In this document: in pieces, positions 7,854-14,689 of the stretch | How positions within the stretch are numbered: position 1 is the stretch's first letter | Layout: the number at the start of each line of letters is the position of its first letter | Virus record (IMG/VR): IMGVR_UViG_3300044267_003379 | Span: 1-24,275 of that record | Strand: one strand, 5' to 3' | Source of the DNA: a virus | Taxonomy: Duplodnaviria; Caudoviricetes | Length of the DNA stretch: 24,275 bases | The notes under the pieces: model-generated | Database searches by the model: none | What the model was told of the DNA's origin: nothing | The model's input: the letters and a program-made list of their open reading frames with translations, nothing else | Made by a program: the position numbers and the translations under genes

Positions 7854-8534
7854 CTAAGCCTCTCCACCACCCTCTTGGTCTTCGAGAGTTAAAAGTCCTT
7901 GGACAATCTCTCCTGTTTTTGACAAGTCGAAGGCAATCCCCTTTTTTGTGGGAACGTACTCGTCGTTGTTCTTTGGTTTTGTCCATACACGAACCTGACC
8001 AAATGTCTTTTCGTTAATCGTGTCCTTGGTTACAAGGATTTTTGTTGTTTCGGTTAGAGGTATTTCATGTAGTATCATACTATCTCCTGTTGTGTTTTTG
8101 TGTTTATGATGAGGGTTAAATGGATGAGTGATTTTTTTACCAAGAACTTTGCTAGCATAATCAACGCCTTCATTCCAATCATCCGCGTCTCCATCTGAAG
8201 ATATTTCAGGGATGACCGAGTGATGTTTTCCTAGCGCAAGTATGGCGGTTACTATTTTGTCGTATGGCTTTCCCGCGGTTTTGCAAAATTCAAAATCCGA
8301 ATCATCTTCGCGGTTTATTATGAATGTTTCATGTCCGTCTTCACCTATGCCGTTGAATTTTATTCGATTTTCTCCCACCTCGGGAATCATTTCTTGTCGG
8401 TTAAATTCTGCCCGAACCAACTGAAGAGATTCGTTTATCAGCAAGATGTCCTCGGCATCTTTGATAAACTCCTTCCAAGCGGGGTTGTGCTTGCTAAATG
8501 ATGGTTTGTTTTTCCAATAGTGTGTGTATCCCAA
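7854..8534 (-). CDS. MGYTHYW-type domain in frame with a PC4/YdbC-like ssDNA-binding domain (internal start at 8078)
   Basis: MGYTHYW..FCKTAGKPYD N-terminal domain; C-terminal GQVRVWTK..EYVPTKKGIAF is the PC4 signature; AGGAG before the internal ATG at 8078. Confidence 0.7.
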   Translation of the reverse strand: MGYTHYWKNKPSFSKHNPAWKEFIKDAEDILLINESLQLVRAEFNRQEMIPEVGENRIKFNGIGEDGHETFIINREDDSDFEFCKTAGKPYDKIVTAILALGKHHSVIPEISSDGDADDWNEGVDYASKVLGKKITHPFNPHHKHKNTTGDSMILHEIPLTETTKILVTKDTINEKTFGQVRVWTKPKNNDEYVPTKKGIAFDLSKTGEIVQGLLTLEDQEGGGEA

Positions 8535-8558
8535 TGCGATTGCTCCTTTTTTGTGCGA

Positions 8559-9023
8559 TTAAGCCTTTGCAACTACCGTCGCTAGTGTCATTTTTTCTAG
8601 TTTACTCTTAAGTTCGTCGTCAAGGTCTTCGAGGTCAACCTCAAGTCGCTTGCCCACAGATGTCTCAATCATTTGTCCGCCATTTTTATATTTTGCTTTT
8701 ACAACCATATGCAAATCCTCAGATATTGCCTTCATTTCCCTAGCGAACTCTGTTCCGTCAAATTCAAATCCCTTCTCGTCCTCATCTAAGCCGTCAATTA
8801 ATTTATGTAGGGGGATTATGATTTCATTTATATCAGCCGTTATCTTGCTAGCAATGTGAATCCTCGTATCTCTGTCTATCTCCTCGAGCGTTGCTTTTCC
8901 AATAATTGTTGCTATTGAGTGCAATATTGTATTTGAGACAATACACATAGCATCATGAAGAGCCTGTTTTGTGAGTCCATCACACTCCTCGAGCAATTTA
9001 TAAACCTTTTCAAAATTTGCCAT
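8559..9023 (-). CDS. Hypothetical protein
   Basis: 154-aa ORF with GGGAG RBS. Confidence 0.7.
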   Translation of the reverse strand: MANFEKVYKLLEECDGLTKQALHDAMCIVSNTILHSIATIIGKATLEEIDRDTRIHIASKITADINEIIIPLHKLIDGLDEDEKGFEFDGTEFAREMKAISEDLHMVVKAKYKNGGQMIETSVGKRLEVDLEDLDDELKSKLEKMTLATVVAKA

Positions 9024-9038
9024 CGCTACTCCCTTTAT

Positions 9039-9084
9039 TTATTTAATTATTGTTTTCACAAAAAAACAAACAATAATTAAATAA
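9039..9084 (-). repeat. 17-bp perfect inverted repeat with 12-nt loop (hairpin family copy 2)
   Basis: + strand TTATTTAATTATTGTTT, TCACAAAAAAAC, AAACAATAATTAAATAA. Confidence 0.85.
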
Positions 9085-9087
9085 TAT

Positions 9088-9372
9088 TTACCGAAATGTT
9101 TCAATTATCGTAATGGCATCCCTAGTGCCAATATGCTTAAGCCTATATTCTTCCACGTTTTCTTGGAATGTTTTATCTTTATCAAAATACTCCGAAATTT
9201 CGTCTTTATATTCATAGGCTTGGTTAGGTATGCCTTTGCGAGTAAACTCGTTTTTTTCGCTACAATTTCCGCATACAGCAGTACCGCTACCTATCAACAC
9301 CCCACCATGCGAATCAGCGCCTTCGTTACAAAAATCACACGCTACAAAGTTTTCTGTTCTAATTACTTCCAT
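9088..9372 (-). CDS. Zn-finger-like hypothetical protein
   Basis: CDFC...CGNC. Confidence 0.7.
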   Translation of the reverse strand: MEVIRTENFVACDFCNEGADSHGGVLIGSGTAVCGNCSEKNEFTRKGIPNQAYEYKDEISEYFDKDKTFQENVEEYRLKHIGTRDAITIIETFR

Positions 9373-9374
9373 TA

Positions 9375-10277
9375 TTACCCCCTAAACCATATTGGTTTGT
9401 TTGCTAGTTTTTGAAGTGTCTCTGCAAGTCCGTCAACCGCTTGTTCGGTTGTCTTGCAAAACCGTTGCTCTACCGTATGTAGTAGGTCGAGTTCTCTCTT
9501 GTACGCGTCTGTAGTTTCGCACTGCCACCCCATCCCACTACGGAACTCATATTGCTTGTCCATCAATCCAAAGCAATAGTCTCTAAATAGCCCCGACAAG
9601 CCCGCACTCATCAACCTATGTATGTCTAGTGGTTCGTTAGGCATTTTAATTGGTATTGATATTCCAAAGTAATCCCAATCATTATCGCCGTTGTATCTGA
9701 CGAAATTATACACCATCACCTCTACCGCATAACCCATTTTAGTTAGGACGTCACTAATCAGTGCTAGCGTGGCTCCTAGCCTAGCAAAATCCTTCTCCTT
9801 GTGTTGCCAAGACACCGCCATGTTCATTCCTATGCGGACATTTGAGCGTTGTGAATTTCGCTCTGTGGTCGACCAATATTGGTCTTGTCCGCCCATAAGC
9901 CTAGACATGCTTAGGTCATCGCCATCGTCCCTGACCACCCTTTTTCGTTTACAAGACAATCCCTTGCCGACAAACTTGGATATTCTCGAGTTCATGTCTA
10001 TCTCTGAGCGCATTTTTTGGTATAATCGAATTATCTTATCCGATGTTTGACCAACGGTCAATGCTCGTCTCAGATTCTCTCTTCCCACGATGTTTTTACC
10101 GTACGTCCAAGCCTCCCTATCTGTGTCAGGCTCTCCATTGTCGTGCCAAAATGAGCCTGTATTGTATATGCAATCAAGCATAGTTCTCATGTCAGGCATA
10201 TGAATAACCGCATGAGTACCTTCATTTTCGTCGTTAATGATTTTTGGTTCTAGTATTTTACTGTAAATGCTCTCCAT
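9375..10277 (-). CDS. Degenerate VWA/CobT-like partner of the AAA+ ATPase
   Basis: Coupled to the AAA gene; GDDLSMSR and VRIGMNMAVS..ALISDVLTKMGYAVEV resemble VWA-like topology without a clear DxSxS MIDAS. Confidence 0.55.
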   Translation of the reverse strand: MESIYSKILEPKIINDENEGTHAVIHMPDMRTMLDCIYNTGSFWHDNGEPDTDREAWTYGKNIVGRENLRRALTVGQTSDKIIRLYQKMRSEIDMNSRISKFVGKGLSCKRKRVVRDDGDDLSMSRLMGGQDQYWSTTERNSQRSNVRIGMNMAVSWQHKEKDFARLGATLALISDVLTKMGYAVEVMVYNFVRYNGDNDWDYFGISIPIKMPNEPLDIHRLMSAGLSGLFRDYCFGLMDKQYEFRSGMGWQCETTDAYKRELDLLHTVEQRFCKTTEQAVDGLAETLQKLANKPIWFRG

Positions 10278-11491
10278 TATTTGTACTCCCTTTTTAGTTC
10301 TCTGATATTGACCTTATCAAGTTCCTCTTTTGTCCAACCACAAGTTATCTTGTCAATTAACACCTTGTTCGACTTACCCGCCAATCTCCAAGTTTGACCG
10401 TCAATAAACAACCTAGTGCTGATAATCCTTTTAACGTGGTTGTCTTGTATGCGCTTTCTCAGGCTCCACAAACATTCTGCCATGTCTGTAAAATCTCCTG
10501 ATAGCGCTCTCTCGATGTTTTTGTCATAGTCAATGTGAACTTTTACGGCTTGCAATCTGTCTAGCGTTGCTCCGTCAATCTGTCCTCTACCCACATACTC
10601 GAAGTCTTGTCCATCACAAAGAGTATTGCTAGCAACCGCCACATTAAAGCCGTCCTTCTTAAGAACGTGTGGATTGTCTTTGTCGTTAGGTGTAGATAGA
10701 ACCCCTTGGTTATCTAGCACACTGTTGAACACCAATCCCGCATTAGCATCGAAGCCGTCAAATTCGTCAAGACATAGGAAGGTTCCATTTCTAAATGCCC
10801 TTGCTACGGAGCCGTCTATAAATGTTCCGTCAAAGGTCATTCTTCCTGTCATGTGCGATTCCGTCACTCCCGCTGAGCCTTTTAGATACTCATATGTGCC
10901 TTCTTCTTTGTCGAATCCCAAAGCCCTAGCACACTGTTCAATTAGAAAGGATTTTCCTGTGCCACTTGGACCGAAGGTCCAAACGCGACCAAAAAGTTTT
11001 AAACACTCCAAAACCTCTGCAAATTTCTCGTGTTTAAGACCCGACACCTCTTTTGTTTCTACGTCGTTAATGTAGACCTTGATTGGTCGCTGAAGACTTT
11101 CAATCTTTTTATCTACCCTCTTGGATAGATTTTCGGTCTCCTTGTGGAACGTAGAAATAAGAGTGTCCTCGGTCTCTTTGACCGCATTACCTATGCCATC
11201 TTCAATAAATGGCTGTACTCTAGTAAGCACTCCGTTTACAATGATGTCCTCTAAACTGCCGACAGTAGTTTGACCTGTGCTAGCAGGCTCCTTACTAGGA
11301 GCGGGAGGAGTTGGCGGAGGTGTTTTTGTGTCTTCTTTTGGCAATTCTCCTCCTAATATGTAGTCGATTAATTCATTTTTTGGGGTGGTCTGTACCCAAC
11401 TTCTTTTGTGACCGTTTTGCTTTGCCTTGGCAATAGCCAACTTCTTGACTCTGCCATGCGCCATTGCTTCGAGTTCATTTCTGTTATACAT
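10277..11491 (-). CDS. MoxR/CobS-like AAA+ ATPase
   Basis: Walker A GPSGTGKS, Walker B LCLDEFD, sensor VAVASNT, DGATLDR arginine finger, ISTR motif. Confidence 0.85.
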   Translation of the reverse strand: MYNRNELEAMAHGRVKKLAIAKAKQNGHKRSWVQTTPKNELIDYILGGELPKEDTKTPPPTPPAPSKEPASTGQTTVGSLEDIIVNGVLTRVQPFIEDGIGNAVKETEDTLISTFHKETENLSKRVDKKIESLQRPIKVYINDVETKEVSGLKHEKFAEVLECLKLFGRVWTFGPSGTGKSFLIEQCARALGFDKEEGTYEYLKGSAGVTESHMTGRMTFDGTFIDGSVARAFRNGTFLCLDEFDGFDANAGLVFNSVLDNQGVLSTPNDKDNPHVLKKDGFNVAVASNTLCDGQDFEYVGRGQIDGATLDRLQAVKVHIDYDKNIERALSGDFTDMAECLWSLRKRIQDNHVKRIISTRLFIDGQTWRLAGKSNKVLIDKITCGWTKEELDKVNIRELKREYK

Positions 11492-11531
11492 GGTTTCCCT
11501 TTTGCCGATTTCGGCGGTTGATTAATTGTTT

Positions 11532-11577
11532 TATTATTTCTAGCATTTTCACTAATGCTCAAATGCTAGAAATAATA
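11532..11577 (-). repeat. 17-bp perfect inverted repeat with 12-nt loop (hairpin family copy 3)
   Basis: + strand TATTATTTCTAGCATTT, TCACTAATGCTC, AAATGCTAGAAATAATA. Confidence 0.9.
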
Positions 11578-11694
11578 TTAAAGGACGGCTCTCAGTATTT
11601 GCAGTGCCAATCCAATTACCGCTAGCGCAATAATAAATCCTCCAAATTCGTCCGAGGATAAAAAATCCACTACGCGTTCAATAAAGTGTATCAT
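11578..11694 (-). CDS. Small membrane peptide (38 aa, not in ORF track)
   Basis: AGGAG RBS; MIHFIERVVDFLSSDEFGGFIIALAVIGLALQILRAVL. Confidence 0.7.
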   Translation of the reverse strand: MIHFIERVVDFLSSDEFGGFIIALAVIGLALQILRAVL

Positions 11695-11703
11695 TATTTT
11701 CTC

Positions 11704-11997
11704 CTATTTAATTAAAAATTCTGTATTATCCCAGTCTATCCAGTCGATATCTTGTAACTCATCACCAACACTCCATAAATGTGGATTAGGGAAGTTTTCA
11801 ACTAAGTGGACAGGGAACATTTCTAGCGCATCGTTTAAGCGGTCTTGGTAGCCAAATTCAAATTGCTCTCCATCCTTTAGAGACTCTACAACGTCATGTC
11901 CCAAATTATTAACCATTGACTCCTGTTCTTGGTCTGAACCCATTTCGTATAGCCAATGGATAAAGTTTCTTTTAGTGATATAAAAGTATTGTTTCAT
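11704..11997 (-). CDS. Hypothetical acidic protein
   Basis: AAGGAG RBS, 97 aa. Confidence 0.7.
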   Translation of the reverse strand: MKQYFYITKRNFIHWLYEMGSDQEQESMVNNLGHDVVESLKDGEQFEFGYQDRLNDALEMFPVHLVENFPNPHLWSVGDELQDIDWIDWDNTEFLIK

Positions 11998-12233
11998 TAC
12001 TTACTCCTTTGTTCTTTGGACATTTTTGTCCAATGTTTTTTTACACCAACTCCGCCAAACTTCTTTCTATTCGCATCACGCATTGGTTTCATCTTCACGA
12101 ATATGAGATGGTTCATTTCCTTGTCGGTAAATGGTGGCGGAACTATTCTTTTTCTTTTCCCTACCCTGACCGTAGGAAGATTTATCTTCCTTTCTAGTTC
12201 GGATATTTCTTTACTGCTTAGTGTCGGTAGCAT
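11997..12233 (-). CDS. Hypothetical basic protein
   Basis: GAGGT RBS; K/R-rich, 78 aa. Confidence 0.6.
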   Translation of the reverse strand: MLPTLSSKEISELERKINLPTVRVGKRKRIVPPPFTDKEMNHLIFVKMKPMRDANRKKFGGVGVKKHWTKMSKEQRSK

Positions 12234-12453
12234 TATTTACCTCATTGTATTTTTGTTCTAGTCTCATCAGATAATCCAATCTTGGATTATCAGTATAGTC
12301 TAGGACTTTGTCTAAACTGTTCAAGACTTGGTTCAAGTAGACCATATGGTCTATAAAACCGCGATTCTCTTTGTCGGGCATCTTCTTTGCGACTTTCTTT
12401 AGAAAGTCTTGCAAGTTAACAATTCCCTTCTTTAGTTCGCTGGGTCTCATCAT
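12211..12453 (-). CDS. Hypothetical protein
   Basis: AAGGAG RBS, coupled to the upstream stop. Confidence 0.65.
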   Translation of the reverse strand: MMRPSELKKGIVNLQDFLKKVAKKMPDKENRGFIDHMVYLNQVLNSLDKVLDYTDNPRLDYLMRLEQKYNEVNNATDTKQ

Positions 12454-13109
12454 TAATAATCTTCTCCTTCTGAGAATATTAAAGCCTCAGAACCCTTTCC
12501 CGATTGAGTCTCCACAGGAGACTTTATAAGGTCATTAAAATCATATTTAGATGAGAAGTAGTCTGACTCCCCATTCTCGTCGACAATGTTCCCTTTATGC
12601 GACCAAGATAACTCATATCCTTCAGATGGTCTGTTCACCACTTTGTGGTGTAGTGCTATCTTTTGCCCCTGTTCGTTAACTATCCTCCAATGGCTCGTCA
12701 TAAAGGTGACGGAATTATCAAGATAAAACTCGTCGGCTTTTATTCCCCAAACATCACATTCTTCTATGTTGATTCTAGTCTCCATGTCATTGACATAATT
12801 CCCTTCATCATTATGGCTCTCTAAGTGGTTTTCTAGCAAGACACTTGCTAGGTTATAAAGAGCCGTCCTTTCTTTGATATGATACCGACCATCATCACCG
12901 AAAAAGACGTCCTTCCTTAGTCTTTCGCTAGTTCTTTTATCGTCGGCAAAGGTTGTCAGGACTCTGTCGAATCCTTCGCATATCTCAAATCTCAGAGAGA
13001 TTTGACATGGTAACTCATCATCCAAAAGGATGAAAGGTTTTTGTTTTTTCAATTGGCTTATTTCGTTCATTTGCTCCTCTCTTGCTTTTAATAATTCTAG
13101 CATTTTCAC
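12453..13109 (-). CDS. Hypothetical protein (start uncertain)
   Basis: 218-aa ORF; the GTG start lies inside a hairpin; alternative ATG (MNEISQ) follows GAGGAG. Confidence 0.7.
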   Translation of the reverse strand: MKMLELLKAREEQMNEISQLKKQKPFILLDDELPCQISLRFEICEGFDRVLTTFADDKRTSERLRKDVFFGDDGRYHIKERTALYNLASVLLENHLESHNDEGNYVNDMETRINIEECDVWGIKADEFYLDNSVTFMTSHWRIVNEQGQKIALHHKVVNRPSEGYELSWSHKGNIVDENGESDYFSSKYDFNDLIKSPVETQSGKGSEALIFSEGEDY

Positions 13110-13134
13110 TTACAGTTCAATGCTAGAATTATTA
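13089..13134 (-). repeat. 16-bp perfect inverted repeat with 14-nt loop (hairpin family copy 4)
   Basis: + strand TAATAATTCTAGCATT, TTCACTTACAGTTC, AATGCTAGAATTATTA. Confidence 0.9.
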
Positions 13135-13457
13135 TTAGTTCTCACTTCTTGTTGGTTTGCTATATCCCATATAGCAAGTTCATTGTTGTCATTAGCAAGG
13201 CTAATGGCTCTTTTTACATCATCTACAATCTGTATTCTGTCAATATACAGTTTCCCTTCGTCCATCCAAAAACCTACGTTTTCCATATAGTGTTTTTCCA
13301 CTATATGCCAGACCTCTTTCTTACCATTGACAGTAATTGTCTCAATATTACCACATCCTACGACAAATCCACTGTTCCCTTGGAACAGTTCCCATCCCTG
13401 AATAGTGGCTCCATTCGTGTCGATAATGCACTTTGTTATTTGGTCAATTATACCCAT
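13110..13457 (-). CDS. Hypothetical protein, possibly SAM-lyase-like fold
   Basis: GFWMDEGKLYID...AISLANDNNELAIWD pattern; AGGA RBS. The ORF is well supported, the function is speculative. Confidence 0.6.
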   Translation of the reverse strand: MGIIDQITKCIIDTNGATIQGWELFQGNSGFVVGCGNIETITVNGKKEVWHIVEKHYMENVGFWMDEGKLYIDRIQIVDDVKRAISLANDNNELAIWDIANQQEVRTNNNSSIEL

Positions 13458-13475
13458 TTTTATCCTATTTTAGTT

Positions 13476-13940
13476 TTAGACGGTAACTAGGTTAATTTCG
13501 CCAATAGAGATTTCTAAAAATCTCTCTTCATGTTCTTCACAAAGGTCTCCATATTCGACGTTTATGAAAAAATAGTTCATTTTAGGATTTAACCAAGCGA
13601 AATAACCCTCTTTTCCAAAGAGATTCATCCCCCTTGATTTGCATAGATTTTCGTCACTATCTATCCCTTGCTTATCTACTCTAAAGAGTAGGCTGAAATC
13701 AAACCAACTTAATTGGCTTGCTTTATTATCCTTCGCGTCTGGTCTTATTCCAATTTGAAAATCAAAACAGAACCTTAAACCAAAGATATTTATATCTTTG
13801 GATATTTCAATTCCCTTGTAATGGCTCCTCCAAAACAGGGTTATACTGTCGGTTAACTCTTTCATTTGGGTGTTTACTCCATTTCGACGGCTATGGTTTT
13901 TATTCTTGCTAGAGTGTTCTATGCCGTCACTATAGGACAT
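13476..13940 (-). CDS. Hypothetical protein (likely start 13865, MKELTD)
   Basis: GGAG RBS upstream of the ATG at 13865. Confidence 0.6.
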   Translation of the reverse strand: MSYSDGIEHSSKNKNHSRRNGVNTQMKELTDSITLFWRSHYKGIEISKDINIFGLRFCFDFQIGIRPDAKDNKASQLSWFDFSLLFRVDKQGIDSDENLCKSRGMNLFGKEGYFAWLNPKMNYFFINVEYGDLCEEHEERFLEISIGEINLVTV

Positions 13941-14028
13941 TCTAGCACATAGGGTGTTTACTCTTATTCTACGCGTTCTTAGAGATTGCTCTAGGATGGT
14001 CTATTCCCGAAGGGAATAAGGCGCATTG

Positions 14029-14083
14029 AACCCTAGGTAGGACTCGAACCTACCTACCCCAAAGGGGTAGACCGTCTAGGGTT
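14029..14083 (-). ncRNA. D-armless tRNA-like RNA with UUU in the anticodon-equivalent loop
   Basis: Minus strand AACCCTAG-acggt-CTACC(CCTTTGG)GGTAG-GTAGG(TTCGAGT)CCTAC-CTAGGGTT: acceptor stem, anticodon-like arm and canonical T-arm. Confidence 0.65.
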
Positions 14084-14111
14084 TTTCGTTGTGTATCTCG
14101 TCGGTTACAGC

Positions 14112-14507
14112 CTACGCGCTTAGGTGCGCCCAGCGTTCCTGACCGTCGGAAGATTCGTCGATAGTGAAGCCCTGAGACAGCGCGCTATTCATCGCGTGGT
14201 CTAGCGCGTTCGGTACGTCGGACTCTTCTCGTCGTTGAAGTTCGTCTTCGAAGTCGTAGACGGCGGGCGTAATTACCGCGCGGTCTTGCGCACGAGACTC
14301 TTCTTCTTCCCAAATCTCCTCTTCGCGACTCTTCGCGGATGCGATAAAGTTCGCGAGCGCAGGCGAACGAAAGTCCTCCTCGTACACGAGGAGAGCAACT
14401 TCTTCTTCATGCGTAGGAATATCTACGCGTTCCATGTCTCCGACTAGGGTGTTTACGCTACCTTTGTCAACGACTACGTCGTTGGGTGTTATGATTGAAA
14501 TACTCAT
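14112..14507 (-). CDS. Highly acidic 131-aa protein, first gene of the early block
   Basis: AAGGAG RBS 8 nt before ATG; 31 D/E vs 10 K/R by manual count. Confidence 0.7.
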   Translation of the reverse strand: MSISIITPNDVVVDKGSVNTLVGDMERVDIPTHEEEVALLVYEEDFRSPALANFIASAKSREEEIWEEEESRAQDRAVITPAVYDFEDELQRREESDVPNALDHAMNSALSQGFTIDESSDGQERWAHLSA

Positions 14508-14512
14508 GGTTT

Positions 14513-14580
14513 GTCTCCTTCGCGAAGGGTGTCCTTCGCGTGTTTATATACGCACGTGCTATGCGTATGTGTTCAAAGCC
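14513..14580 (-). promoter_or_regulatory. Structured leader/promoter region of the early block
   Basis: Minus strand TTGAAC...TATATAAA with hairpin ATACGCA/TGCGTAT, then CGCGAAGG/CCTTCGCG and palindrome CCTTCGCGAAGG overlapping the RBS. Confidence 0.45.
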
Positions 14581-14689
14581 TTCGACGTTGTGCCGTCGGC
14601 GATGACCAAATTTAGCCATGGAATGATGCCAAACCTAGCCAAATCAGTATTACCGTCGGCAATAGGAGGCAAAGCGAGACAAAAAAAAG

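Noticed and set aside
9375-11491. Cobalamin biosynthesis (cobS/cobT) auxiliary metabolic genes
   Set aside because: Only generic MoxR-type AAA+ motifs are visible; no cobN or other pathway genes, and the partner lacks a MIDAS motif.
419-13134. Long inverted repeats as lox/dif-type recombination sites or CRISPR repeats
   Set aside because: Arm sequences vary between copies, they are kilobases apart with no spacer array, and no recombinase or cas gene is in the window.
14029-14083. Calling the element a functional tRNA-Lys gene or an attP remnant
   Set aside because: No D-arm, no U33/purine-37 loop and no CCA. An attP remnant would normally keep only the 3' part, whereas both acceptor strands pair here, and no integrase is seen in the window.
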